Origin: Acidimicrobiia bacterium UBA4744
GTDB lineage: Bacteria > Actinomycetota > Acidimicrobiia > Spongiisociales > UBA4744
DNA length: 64,000 nucleotides
Direction of reading: 5' to 3'
Assembly: GCA_002403855.1 (NCBI GenBank)
Contig: DHIO01000022.1
Coordinates: 38 to 64,037 of the forward strand
Shown: piece by piece, positions 9,766-19,248 of the stretch
Layout of the letters: each line of letters starts with the position of its first letter
Position numbering within the stretch: position 1 is the first letter of the stretch
Translations under genes and position numbers: made by a program
The notes under the pieces: model-generated
Databases searched by the model: none
Told to the model about the DNA's origin: nothing
Seen by the model: the letters and a program-made list of their open reading frames with translations, nothing else

Positions 9766-10395
9766 GTGGGCCTCAAGGACATCCGGGCCGTGCTACTCGA
9801 CATGGACGGAACGCTGGTCGCTTCGGATGCATCCGTCGAGCGTGCCTGGACGGTCTGGGCAAGACACTACGACGTAGATCCGGAGCTGGCGGTCGCAGGA
9901 GCTCACGGAAGCCCTGCCGACGCCACGGTGCGACGATTGAGGCCTGATCTCGACGCGAGCGGGGTCGTCGAAGCTGCCGCATTTCAGCTTGCGTTGCAGT
10001 ACGACGACTTGGCCGACGTGACTCCCGCCGTCGGCAGCCGGCGTCTCATGGACGTTCTCGCCCGGCATGAGTTTGAATGGGCGGTGGTCACGAGTGCCGA
10101 TCGGCGGCTGGCCCGTGCCCGGCTCGGGGCGGCCGGCATAATTGCACCCGTCCTCATCACGGTCGAAGATGTGACGGCGGGAAAGCCCGATCCGCAGGGT
10201 TACCTGCTGGCTTCACACCGGCTGGGGATACCGCCGGCCCGGTGTCTGGTCGTGGAGGACACGGAGATCGGTGTGGAGGCGGGCCGGTCCGCCGGCGCGA
10301 TGACGGCGGCTCTCAAAGGACTCGATGCAGACATTCGCGTGGGTGATCTGAGAGAACTCGCAGATCTCCTTGACTCGGCGGCAGACGGCCGGTAG
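9766..10395 (+). CDS. HAD-superfamily hydrolase (subfamily IA-like)
   Basis: Motif I LLDMDGTL lies 10 aa after the GTG start at 9766. Motif III TAGKPDP and motif IV VVEDTEIGVEAGRSAG are present. The ORF-track upstream extension overlaps the neighbouring gene. Confidence 0.8.
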   Translation: MGLKDIRAVLLDMDGTLVASDASVERAWTVWARHYDVDPELAVAGAHGSPADATVRRLRPDLDASGVVEAAAFQLALQYDDLADVTPAVGSRRLMDVLARHEFEWAVVTSADRRLARARLGAAGIIAPVLITVEDVTAGKPDPQGYLLASHRLGIPPARCLVVEDTEIGVEAGRSAGAMTAALKGLDADIRVGDLRELADLLDSAADGR

Positions 10396-10632
10396 CACGA
10401 AGGAAGCCGGTTTCTCACGCAACACCATGGGCTACCGCAACAGGGCATCATGAGCAGTCACCGGCGCCTGGGCGGATCCGGTAGCGAGCGGGCCGTGGTC
10501 CAGTGTTGCGAGGTCCGGGGCATTGCAGCGTCGAGATGCGGCGACCGGCTTGGGCCGTCTGAGTTATGGCTTCGCGGCCGGGCGTGAGGACCGCGGCGAG
10601 TACAGTCACCTTCCGGTGACCACGGAGAAGGA

Positions 10633-11295
10633 ATGAGTAGCCAGAATCGCTTCATCGCCGAGGACCTGTACGACTACATCCTTTCGGTGTCGGTAAGGGA
10701 CGATCGGCACCTCGAGCGCCTCCGAGCCGTCACCCGCGACCTGCCAGACGCCGGCATGCAGATATCCCCAGACCAAGGCCAGTTCATGGGTCTGCTCGTT
10801 CGTCTGATATCCGCCCGCAAAGCCATCGAGATTGGTGTGTTCACCGGCTACAGCGCGCTGTGCGTCGCCCAGGCTCTTCCCGACGACGGACGGCTCGTTG
10901 CCTGCGAGCTAAACGACGAGTACGCCGAACTTGCTCGCCATTCGTGGGATGAGGCAGGTGTTGCCCACAAGGTGGATCTTCGTCTGGGCCCTGCCCTTCG
11001 GACCTTGGATGGGCTGCTGGCGGCCCAAGAGGCTCGCACATTCGATATGGGGTTCATCGATGCCGACAAGGAGAACTACGCCGGGTACTACGAGAGGTTG
11101 CTTCGACTCTTGCGGCCGGGGGGCTTGATCATGATCGACAACGCCCTGTGGGGTGGACGGCTGATGGATCTCGACAACGTCGATGCCAGTACCGTATCCA
11201 TCCGTTCCCTCAACGAGAGCCTGCGTGATGACCAGCGAGTCGATATCTCACTGCTGCCGATCGGCGATGGTTTGATGCTGGCACGCAAGCGCTGA
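10633..11295 (+). CDS. Class I SAM-dependent O-methyltransferase (caffeoyl-CoA OMT / Methyltransf_3 family)
   Basis: IEIGVFTGYSAL (SAM motif I), FDMGFIDADKENY and LLRPGGLIMIDNALWGG are characteristic of cation-dependent OMTs. Length 220 aa. Confidence 0.85.
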   Translation: MSSQNRFIAEDLYDYILSVSVRDDRHLERLRAVTRDLPDAGMQISPDQGQFMGLLVRLISARKAIEIGVFTGYSALCVAQALPDDGRLVACELNDEYAELARHSWDEAGVAHKVDLRLGPALRTLDGLLAAQEARTFDMGFIDADKENYAGYYERLLRLLRPGGLIMIDNALWGGRLMDLDNVDASTVSIRSLNESLRDDQRVDISLLPIGDGLMLARKR

Positions 11296-11522
11296 CAACC
11301 CGGAAGCCGACTCACGCCGCGACGGTCGGAACGGACCTCCGTGACGGTCGGGCGGCACAACGCCCGGGTAGGGCGCCATCTTCAGGGCGCCAAGACTCAG
11401 GAATGCCCGGTGATCGTTTCGCGGTTGGAGAGAATACCCGCAACCGATTCTGCCGTTGGTGGGAAGGAGTCGCCATCGAGACTCATTGCAGATCCGCGAA
11501 CGGCACGGGTCCTTCCGGGCCC

Positions 11523-13025
11523 GTGCAATCCGGGCGGACCGGTATCTCCCGGATTCGATCCCGGTGGATAGCTTTGGCCATCGTATCGTTCGCGTTGAGC
11601 TCGGCCTGCGCGCCCTCTCGCGCCACCGACGCCGTGCCCTGGGGCGGCGAAGCGGTTGCATACTTCGACGAGCTCTCTCACGCCTTCAGCGAGGACGACG
11701 TCTACGGGATACTCGACTTCTTCGCGCCCGATGCCCTCGTCGAGTACCGCACCGACCACTTCCGGGGAGCAGCGCGGACGGCTCCCGACCTGCTGCAGGG
11801 AAATCGGGCCGATCTGAGCCGTGACCTGCTCGAGGTCTACCTCAGCGCGGCCGCGGCCGTCACTTTGCTTCGCTTGCCCGACTCGGGGGACTTCGGGGCG
11901 GCCGTGGCCGAGCTGCGCGACGGGTTGATCACCAGGGAAACACTGTTCGTCGATACGACCTCCCTCCAGCGCAGCCTGCGAACGTCGCCCGATGTCGTGG
12001 CGGAGTACGAAGATCTCTACTGGGAGTATGCCGCGGGTTGGTCGTCCCGCGACTCGCAACGGCTCGCCGCTCTCTACGCCCCGGATGCATCCTTTCACGA
12101 TCCGCTGTCCGGAGTCGAAGTGCACGGTCGGGACGACATTGCTCAACTACCCCATGATGAAGTGGTCCGATGGACGGCCGTGCCCGTAGGACCGGCTGCG
12201 TCACCGCCTGCCGAATCCCCGGCGCTGTTTCTCGACCCGGTCCGGTACGGGCACGATCCCCAGAGGGCCATCGGCATCTACCAGGTTGACCGCGACGACG
12301 GCTGCTCTCACCGGCTGGCAGTTCGCTGGGAGGTCGCCGACGGCTTGATCGTCGATGAGCGTCGCTTCGTCGAGGTGGAATCGTTCCGCCGGTGCGCCGA
12401 CGATCTCGCCGAAGGGTGGTGGACCGGTCTCACGCCGCCTGGACCCCGCGATCAGGTCGTGACCGGCACGGTCCGGACCCCGTCAGGGCAGTCGGTCGCC
12501 ATTCACAATGGAACCCCGCGTCTCGAGCAGCTCCTCGAGTGGGGTCTACAGCGGTTTGCAGCTGCCGGACTCGTCGAACCGCGCGTCGACTCGGCGACCT
12601 TCGAACCCACCCGGAGATGCGCCGGAGTCTTCGGACGCGTGAGCGAAACGGCGGGTTCGCGTCATCTCGTCCTGTGTGTCTACGACGGCGACCTGTGCAC
12701 CGCGGAAGGGTGCGAAACGCCAGCCCTCAACATCCGGGCGGGGATGCTCCATGAGTTGGGTCATGCGTGGATGCTCGACCACACGGACGCTTCCACCCGG
12801 AGCCGTTTGCTGGCCCTGTCCGGTCGAACAGCCTGGTCGGACGACGGAGCCGTCTGGGCGGAGCGAGGTGTCGAGTATGCAGCCGAGGTCCTGGCGTGGG
12901 GGCTTGCCGATGAACCTCTTCGCCTGGTGCAGCTCGGCGAGCCACCCTGCCGGGAGCTGATGGCTGCTTTCGAGCTGCTGACCGGGTCCCGACCAAGCCC
13001 GACTTCGGGCGGCTGCCCACCTTGA
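11523..13025 (+). CDS. Lipoprotein with tandem NTF2/SnoaL-like regions and a C-terminal HExxH metallopeptidase-like motif (hypothetical)
   Basis: In-frame GTG at 11523 gives a signal peptide with lipobox: RIRSRWIALAIVSFALSSAC|APS. Repeated motifs (YAPDA-FHDP / FFAPDALVEY) sit upstream. A C-terminal MLHELGHAWMLDHTD motif (HExxH plus a downstream D) lies among Cys residues. The ORF-track start at 11403 would add an implausible leader. Confidence 0.6.
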   Translation: MQSGRTGISRIRSRWIALAIVSFALSSACAPSRATDAVPWGGEAVAYFDELSHAFSEDDVYGILDFFAPDALVEYRTDHFRGAARTAPDLLQGNRADLSRDLLEVYLSAAAAVTLLRLPDSGDFGAAVAELRDGLITRETLFVDTTSLQRSLRTSPDVVAEYEDLYWEYAAGWSSRDSQRLAALYAPDASFHDPLSGVEVHGRDDIAQLPHDEVVRWTAVPVGPAASPPAESPALFLDPVRYGHDPQRAIGIYQVDRDDGCSHRLAVRWEVADGLIVDERRFVEVESFRRCADDLAEGWWTGLTPPGPRDQVVTGTVRTPSGQSVAIHNGTPRLEQLLEWGLQRFAAAGLVEPRVDSATFEPTRRCAGVFGRVSETAGSRHLVLCVYDGDLCTAEGCETPALNIRAGMLHELGHAWMLDHTDASTRSRLLALSGRTAWSDDGAVWAERGVEYAAEVLAWGLADEPLRLVQLGEPPCRELMAAFELLTGSRPSPTSGGCPP

Positions 13026-13210
13026 TCCTGCGCACGGCCACTGGAACCCACTTGCCGGAGCCACATGTGCAGCATCGACCGAGATAGCACACACGACCTG
13101 CGGCTGTCGTCCTGGCTGTCAATCGGGTTCAGGCCTCGAATCTACGCGGCTCATGCCCGCACGATTTTCCGCCGCAACCGGGCCTTCCCTTCCTTTGGAT
13201 GACGTATCGG

Positions 13211-14512
13211 CTAACGGTAGAGCCGCCGCCTCTCCTGTTCGGCCACCGCTTGAATGGCTTCGGTTGCCGCCTCGACGTTGCCGGTGGCGATCAGCTGCAG
13301 GATCCCCTCGTTGAACGCCTCGCCGGTGCGGAGGGAGAACAGGTCAGATGCGTCGAATCGAACCGACTCGGCACCAACGAGCATGTCCGCAATGCGGTGA
13401 GAGAAGGGGTCAGCTGCGGAGGAATACTCGAAGGTTACGTGAGGAGCGACGTTCCCCGGTCCCCCAGGCCACGCCCGGGCGGACTCCGGACTCGCCAGCC
13501 AATGCATGAGCGCCCACACCCTGGCATCGTCCTTGAACGCAACCGCGAAGTCGCCTCCGACATGGAGCGGCGGGTCGATCCCAGGAAAGCCAGGCATCGA
13601 GAACACGTCGACATCACCGTTGGGACCGATCTCGGTTCCCTCCGGAAGACCCTCGGCGATGAAGCTCGCCTGGCGGTGCATGCCACACTCCTGCGGTTCG
13701 TCGAACATCGGCAACACCGCCTCGGACGCCGGCGTGTTGAGCACGCCACGCCGCCCACCGAGCGCCCACCCTGCCTTCAATGCCAGCGTCGCGTACAGGT
13801 CGAACGCATCTCGGATCTCGGCTTCGGTGAAGGCGACGTCGTAGGCGACCCACCGGTCGTATATCTCGGGAGGGAACGCTCCGAGCACGATCTGTTCGAC
13901 CCAATCGGTCCCCGGCCATCCCGAAGCGCCGAAGGCTTCGAGTCCCATGCACCAAGGCGTCATTCCGTCGTCTTGCATGCGCTGTGTCAGGTTGAGTAGA
14001 TCGCCCCACTCTTCGGGAATCGCGTAGCCATGCTCTGCGAAGTGGTCGGGCCGGTACCACACGAGGTCCTTCACCGACGCTCGGATCATCACCGAGGTCG
14101 AGATGCCGTCAACGGCCGTGATCTCGGCAGCGTCCGGCCGATAGTTGGCCGCGACGATCTCGTTGACCTCCTCGGGCAAAGCCAGGATGGAGCCGCTGCG
14201 GAAGAGGTCCCTGATGAAGCCAGGCCGCGGTAGGATCGCTAGGTCGGGCGGATCCGCGCGCGAAATGCGCTCCTCGAGATCTCCGACGATGTCGGAGGTT
14301 CCCGTGTAGCCAATTGTGATGCCGGTCTGGGCGGTGAACGTCGCCAGCGTCTGGCGGAATGCATCGGCATCCTCGCCCCTCCACCCACCGAACACCTCGA
14401 TGTCGGCGGCATGAGGAGCCGGTGCCGCGCCTCCGCATGCAGCAAGGAAGATCGCCAAGGCAAGGCTCAACCGCGTCAACGGCCCGAGCCCGTCACCCGC
14501 TCGTTGCAGCAC
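13211..14512 (-). CDS. ABC transporter extracellular solute-binding lipoprotein (family 1, sugar/alpha-glucoside-like), orphan
   Basis: Lipobox LALAIFLAACGG at the N-terminus, about 430 aa, with periplasmic binding-protein signatures (e.g. GTDWVEQIVLGAFPPEIYDRW). No permease or ATPase gene is adjacent. Confidence 0.7.
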   Translation of the reverse strand: MLQRAGDGLGPLTRLSLALAIFLAACGGAAPAPHAADIEVFGGWRGEDADAFRQTLATFTAQTGITIGYTGTSDIVGDLEERISRADPPDLAILPRPGFIRDLFRSGSILALPEEVNEIVAANYRPDAAEITAVDGISTSVMIRASVKDLVWYRPDHFAEHGYAIPEEWGDLLNLTQRMQDDGMTPWCMGLEAFGASGWPGTDWVEQIVLGAFPPEIYDRWVAYDVAFTEAEIRDAFDLYATLALKAGWALGGRRGVLNTPASEAVLPMFDEPQECGMHRQASFIAEGLPEGTEIGPNGDVDVFSMPGFPGIDPPLHVGGDFAVAFKDDARVWALMHWLASPESARAWPGGPGNVAPHVTFEYSSAADPFSHRIADMLVGAESVRFDASDLFSLRTGEAFNEGILQLIATGNVEAATEAIQAVAEQERRRLYR

Positions 14513-15545
14513 TTCGTTCCTCGCGGATCACGCGCAATTCCACGTCGACGATGCCTCCGACGCCGTCGCTCAACATGTCGGCCAGCTCCCACGCTGGGGC
14601 GGGATTCGGCGCAGTGGACACGACGAGTTCGACGTTGGCGCGGTCGTCTCCGATGTCGGCATCGAGGCTCACGATCTCGGCCTGGGGATCCCATTCCGCA
14701 ACGGCGTCGATGACGTCGGTCGTGAAACGCTGATCGCGCACTACGTCGAGGCTATGCAGGGCGAGCGGAATCGCCAATGCTGCCAGCGCTGCGAGGGAGA
14801 CGATGATGCCAAGGCGCGCAGGTGAGCTGCGCGTCGATCGCATCTCCTCGGGGGTGAAGCCCGTCGCCACCATCACCACGAGGGCCGACAGGACGATCGC
14901 AACGAGGTTCGTCAGGAACAGCAGCAGCGCACCGCGGGCCTTGTCCGCACTCTCGAGCGCCAAAGTGATGCCTACGGTCGCTAGGGGAGGAACCAATGCG
15001 ACGGCGATTGCGACGCCTGCGAGCGCTGCGCTGGCACGGGGATGCATCAACACATAGCCCCCGGCCAGGCCTGCGGCCACGGCCACAAACAGGTCCAGCA
15101 GGCTGGGGTCGACTCGCGACATGACCTCTTGCGAGAACTGGTTGGCCGCCTGTCCGCCCGGTGCGGTGATCGCCACGATGTAGCCGGTGACGATCGCCAG
15201 CACTGCGCCGACCACCAGCATTGCGACGGAGCGCAAGAGATTGACCGCATCCGCAAGGACGATTGATGCCGCCACCCCCAGCATGGGTGTCATGAGCGGC
15301 GCCACCAACATGGCGCCGATGATCACGGCGACTGAGTTCGCAATGAGGCCCAGCGCAGCCAGCGCTGTGCTGAGCAGAATCAGGACGGTGAAGCGCCACA
15401 CGTACGCCGCCCGTTCCTCGGGCTCAAAGAACAGCTCGTCGAGCACTGCCTTCCGGTCTTGCTCGGAGAGAGATCGAGACGAAGGACGTGCCCTATCGAT
15501 CCATTCGCCGATCGGTGCCAGTCGTTTCCATCGGACCTCGGCCAC
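14493..15545 (-). CDS. DUF389 (TIGR00341) family membrane protein
   Basis: Core ALAALGLIANSVAVIIGAMLVAPLMTPMLG, VALVPPLATVGITLA and LLFLTNLVAIVLSALVV are shared almost motif-for-motif with the CDS at 48976..50568. Confidence 0.7.
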   Translation of the reverse strand: MAEVRWKRLAPIGEWIDRARPSSRSLSEQDRKAVLDELFFEPEERAAYVWRFTVLILLSTALAALGLIANSVAVIIGAMLVAPLMTPMLGVAASIVLADAVNLLRSVAMLVVGAVLAIVTGYIVAITAPGGQAANQFSQEVMSRVDPSLLDLFVAVAAGLAGGYVLMHPRASAALAGVAIAVALVPPLATVGITLALESADKARGALLLFLTNLVAIVLSALVVMVATGFTPEEMRSTRSSPARLGIIVSLAALAALAIPLALHSLDVVRDQRFTTDVIDAVAEWDPQAEIVSLDADIGDDRANVELVVSTAPNPAPAWELADMLSDGVGGIVDVELRVIREERSAATSG

Positions 15546-15982
15546 GTTGACCTCTCACCCCGTCGCCCGGACAGAATCCTATCCAATGCGCCGGCATCCG
15601 GATCGGGGCAGGGCCGACGAGCTGCGTGCCGGCAGCGGGTAGTCGCCACTTCGCGCACACGCCGTGGCCACCGTCAACGCGCCAAGACCCCCTGCAGCGC
15701 AAGGGGTCCCGCAGCCCGCCCCCAGGCACTCGACCCTGTCGCTTTCGACAGGCCCCATCATTCTGGTCCGGGGTCACAGAGGCCCCGCGATGTCTGGTGG
15801 CGTTTTGTCCAATCGCCCTCAGGAGGCGCAACCGCCGAGATGCAGGTGGCCGCGGACGAGGCGCCGATCGAGGTGTCGGGCACCGCCTCCCCCGGGACGG
15901 CGGCGTGCCGCGTCCACGAGTGGCATGAATCCCGGCCCAAGTCCCGCTCAAATCACGACACCGACCTGCCGATGATTGAAGC

Positions 15983-17209
15983 GTGAGTTCGGCCACGACG
16001 GGCACGATCGATTTTCGTGAGTTGGCTCCGGCTTTTCACACCGTGCGGGCCTTCACGGTGGCTTCGACGGCCGCCGCTCTGGCGGTGTTGGGTGCCGCCT
16101 GGGACCCTCGTTTGGTATGGACGCTGCTGGTGCTGGCCGGGGTGGGGTTGGTAGATGCCGTTCATCGACGTTCGCGGCCAGAAGTCTCGCCGAAACCGCG
16201 GCTATTGGTGGAGGCGCTCGTCATAACCCTCACGGTGCTGTTGATCGGAGGGCCGGCGCTGGTAGCTGCTCCGGTCGCCTACCTACTGACGGCAGCACTG
16301 CTGATCTTGCCGCTGCGAAGGGCATTGCTGGTGGTGGCGTTCCTCACCGCCTGTGTCGTGGGGGTCTTCTTTTCAGCGATCCCGGCGGCCGACACCGAGA
16401 CACAATGGTGGTTGGCGTTGGGAGCGGTGCTGGTGTTCCTGGCAGCCCTGTCGGTTTTGTTGGTGGCTGCCTTCCGGATCAATCACAGGCTGCGCACCCG
16501 GGAAAAGGTTCTGCTTGAAGAGGCCCGGGCGGCCAACCGGGCCAAGAGCGAGTTGTTGGCCAGTGTCAGCCACGAACTACGCACGCCTCTAGCCGGGGTG
16601 CTGGGGTTCGCCCAACTGCTCCGCGAAGACACCGGCACGCTCTCCGATGATGAGCGAGTCGAGGCGATCCGCTCAATCGCCGAGCAATCTTTTGATCTGG
16701 CCGCTCTCATCGACGATCTGCTGATCGCTGCTCGTCACGAGATCGGGGAACTCACCGTCAACGCCGTTCCAACCAGCTTGCGGGCCCAGGCCGCCCAGGT
16801 GTTGGAGAACTGGGACCAGAGAACGGCCATCACCGTCGGCCTGGAAGGCGAGACAAAGCAGGCAGTGGCCGATCCAGCGCGGGTCCGGCAGATCATTCGA
16901 AACTTGATTTCCAATGCCGTCCGCTACGGCGGCCCCAAAATCCGGGTGGTACTCGCCGGCGACGAGACCTGTGCCAGCGTCCAGGTGCGGGACAACGGTG
17001 GCGGAATACCCGCCGAATCGAGGGAGCAGATCTTCGGCGCTTTCTATCGGGTACCCACCGCTCGGCAGAACCCCGCCTCCATCGGTCTAGGGCTGGCCGT
17101 TTCCCGGGACCTGGCTCGCTTGATGGGCGGCGATCTGGTCTACCGTCATCACAACGGCGAGACGATCTTCGAGTTGCAACTCCCCTTGGCCGCCGAGGTG
17201 AACGGCTGA
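15983..17209 (+). CDS. Membrane sensor histidine kinase (HisKA plus HATPase_c), orphan
   Basis: Four or five TM helices, then H-box SELLASVSHELRTPLAGVLGFAQLL, an N-box (IIRNLISNAVRYGG) and G-boxes (DNGGGIP, GLGLAVSRDLARLMGG). No response regulator is adjacent. Confidence 0.85.
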   Translation: MSSATTGTIDFRELAPAFHTVRAFTVASTAAALAVLGAAWDPRLVWTLLVLAGVGLVDAVHRRSRPEVSPKPRLLVEALVITLTVLLIGGPALVAAPVAYLLTAALLILPLRRALLVVAFLTACVVGVFFSAIPAADTETQWWLALGAVLVFLAALSVLLVAAFRINHRLRTREKVLLEEARAANRAKSELLASVSHELRTPLAGVLGFAQLLREDTGTLSDDERVEAIRSIAEQSFDLAALIDDLLIAARHEIGELTVNAVPTSLRAQAAQVLENWDQRTAITVGLEGETKQAVADPARVRQIIRNLISNAVRYGGPKIRVVLAGDETCASVQVRDNGGGIPAESREQIFGAFYRVPTARQNPASIGLGLAVSRDLARLMGGDLVYRHHNGETIFELQLPLAAEVNG

Positions 17210-17290
17210 CGCGGTACGGGAGGGATTTCGCACCTTTCGGAGGAACAATCTGGGGCCGAGGGCGGTTCCACGCTTGACAGCACGCAGCAA

Positions 17291-17447
17291 AGGTCCACTT
17301 TGCGTCGATCGCGGTGTCGGCGCTCTCGTGCCAGGCGTGCGAGCCGGGAGCGCCCAGCGCCACTATCTTCTCGTCCTCGATGAGGACGTCGGCCCGCATC
17401 GTCTCGTTAGAGGTGATGACGGTGCCGTTGGCGATAACGGTCTTCAT
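17291..17447 (-). pseudogene. N-terminal fragment (about 50 aa) of a dihydropyrimidinase/D-hydantoinase, truncated against the 3' end of the kinase gene
   Basis: ATG 17445-17447 overlaps the aminotransferase TGA stop (ATGA). MKTVIANGTVITSNETMRADVLIEDEKIVALG...TAIDAKW matches the hydantoinase N-terminus (pattern MxxLIKNGTVVTAD...ADVLIEDGKIAAIG...VIDATGKxVxPGGID). Homology is lost after about residue 52, before the PGGIDxHTH metal site. The open frame then runs antisense through the kinase gene as the ORF-track artefact 16893..18008. Confidence 0.45.
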
Positions 17448-18754
17448 CCTCGTCTCCTCCCTAGAGCTGCAGTAGTGGCCACCGCGGCGTTCAGTGCTTC
17501 GAATCCTTCGTCCGCTTCCTCCTCCGTCAAGGTAAGTGGTGGGGCGACCCGCAGGACGTTTCCGTGCAGGCCGCCTTTCCCGATCAGTACTCCTCGGGCG
17601 CGGGCTTCCTCCATGATGCGGGTAGCCGCCTCGGGGTTGGGTTCGGTGCCGCCCGCCCGGACGAGCTCCACCCCGATCATCAAGCCCTTGCCCCGAACTT
17701 CGGCAACGATCTCGTATCGGTCGGCCAGGTGGTCGATCCGGGACCGGAGATGCCGGCCCACCTTCAGGGCGTTGGTTTGCAGGTCGTGGTCCAGCAGGTA
17801 GTCGAGATTGGCGAGAGCTCCCGTCGTGGCGAGGGGATTGCCCCCGAACGTCGAGATCGAGTTGGCCGTCAAGCAGTCCATGATCTCTGCCCGGGCGATC
17901 ACCCCTCCGATCGCCAGCCCGTTTCCGATGCCCTTGGCGAAGGTGATCATGTCGGGAACCATGCCGTGGGCCTGGTACCCCCAGAAGTGCTCCCCGGTCC
18001 GTCCCCATCCGGTCTGCACCTCATCTGAGATGAACAGGATCCCGTGCTCGTCGAGCACCTCTTTCATGGCTCCAAAGAAGCCGTCCGGCGGGGTCGCAAA
18101 ACCGCCCACACCCTGAATGGGTTCGGCGATCATGCAAGCCACCTCACCGGAGACGGCCACGTTCAGCAGGTCCCGAAGGTCTTCCACACAAGCTGCAGTG
18201 AATTCGTCGTCGGGCAGGTGGCCGAAGGGGCTGCGGAGGCGATAGCCGCCGTGCACATAGGTCACGCTCAACGGACTGAGACTGGTCGGAGACCAGGACC
18301 GGTTGCCGGTCAACGACACCGCCGCGAAGGAGCGGCCGTGGTAGCTGTTGCGGATCGCCAGCACCTCGTTGGACTGCCGGTAGGTTGTGGCCAGCAACAT
18401 GGCGGCGTCGTTGGCTTCGGTACCGGAGTTGGTGAAGAACACCTTGGCGTTGGGGATTCCCGAAAGCTCGGCCAGCTTCTCGGCCAGTTCGATCTGTTGT
18501 TCGATGAGGTAGAGCGTCGATGTGTGGAGGATACGCCCGGCTTGCTCACGGATCGCCTCGACTACATCCGGCACGTTGTGGCCGGTCATGGTGGTGAGGA
18601 TGCCTCCGAAGAAGTCGAGGTACTCATTGCCTTCCGCGTCGCGCACCCGCCGCCCCTCGCCCTCGACCAACGCGACCGGCTCCTCGTAGTAGAGGGCCAG
18701 CCAGGACGGAAGCACCCGGTCGTGTCGCTTGTGAAGCTGTTCGTGTAGTCCCAT
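17444..18754 (-). CDS. Class III (omega) aminotransferase, PLP-dependent (beta-alanine/GABA/diamine type)
   Basis: 436 aa with SGTEANDAAMLLA, DEVQTGWGRTG and the PLP-lysine region ITFAKGIGNGLAIGG. Confidence 0.9.
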   Translation of the reverse strand: MGLHEQLHKRHDRVLPSWLALYYEEPVALVEGEGRRVRDAEGNEYLDFFGGILTTMTGHNVPDVVEAIREQAGRILHTSTLYLIEQQIELAEKLAELSGIPNAKVFFTNSGTEANDAAMLLATTYRQSNEVLAIRNSYHGRSFAAVSLTGNRSWSPTSLSPLSVTYVHGGYRLRSPFGHLPDDEFTAACVEDLRDLLNVAVSGEVACMIAEPIQGVGGFATPPDGFFGAMKEVLDEHGILFISDEVQTGWGRTGEHFWGYQAHGMVPDMITFAKGIGNGLAIGGVIARAEIMDCLTANSISTFGGNPLATTGALANLDYLLDHDLQTNALKVGRHLRSRIDHLADRYEIVAEVRGKGLMIGVELVRAGGTEPNPEAATRIMEEARARGVLIGKGGLHGNVLRVAPPLTLTEEEADEGFEALNAAVATTAALGRRRG

Positions 18755-18771
18755 CGGTTCCTCTCGATCTA

Positions 18772-19206
18772 TTAGGGAGCCACCAGGTCGTGGTATGCGT
18801 CGGGCCGCCTATCCCCGTAGAAGGCCCATTGTGTCCGCATTTCGTCGATCATGTCGAGATCGAGGTCTCGAACCACCCCGTCGATATCCGAGGCCGAACC
18901 TTCGACGATTTGCCCGCGCGGGTCGCAGAGGTAGGACGAACCGTAGTAGTCGTTGTCGCCGAACGGTCCCCCACCTACCCGGTTGATCGCACCGACGAAG
19001 TACCCGTTGGCCACTGCGGCGGCCGCTTGTTCAAGAATCCAGAGGTACATGGACAGTCCGCGGCTCGTCGCCGACGGATTGAACACGATCCTGGCGCCGT
19101 TGAGACCGAGTGCCCGCCATCCTTCCGGGAAGTGACGGTCGTAGCCTACGTAGACGCCGATCCGCCCGACGGCGGTGTCGAAGATCGGGTACCCCGTGTT
19201 GGCCAT
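18772..19206 (-). CDS. Truncated carbon-nitrogen hydrolase (beta-ureidopropionase / N-carbamoylase-like), C-terminal half only, catalytic Cys replaced by Gly
   Basis: 144 aa beginning mid-domain. GVYVGYDRHFPE aligns to the DCase/nitrilase segment GICNDRRWPE, with Gly at the nucleophile Cys position. Its own GAGAGGAGG RBS and ATG are preceded by an in-frame TGA 5 codons upstream, and no N-terminal half exists in any frame. Confidence 0.6.
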   Translation of the reverse strand: MANTGYPIFDTAVGRIGVYVGYDRHFPEGWRALGLNGARIVFNPSATSRGLSMYLWILEQAAAAVANGYFVGAINRVGGGPFGDNDYYGSSYLCDPRGQIVEGSASDIDGVVRDLDLDMIDEMRTQWAFYGDRRPDAYHDLVAP

Positions 19207-19248
19207 TGCCGTCCCCTCCTCTCACCGGCAATCCTGTGATACCTGCTC

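Noticed and set aside
16893-18008. 371-aa minus-strand ORF spanning the kinase 3' end and the aminotransferase region
   Set aside because: Only its last roughly 50 codons (MKTVIANG...) are meaningful, as a dihydropyrimidinase N-terminus. The rest is antisense to the kinase and has Arg/Pro/Gly-rich composition.
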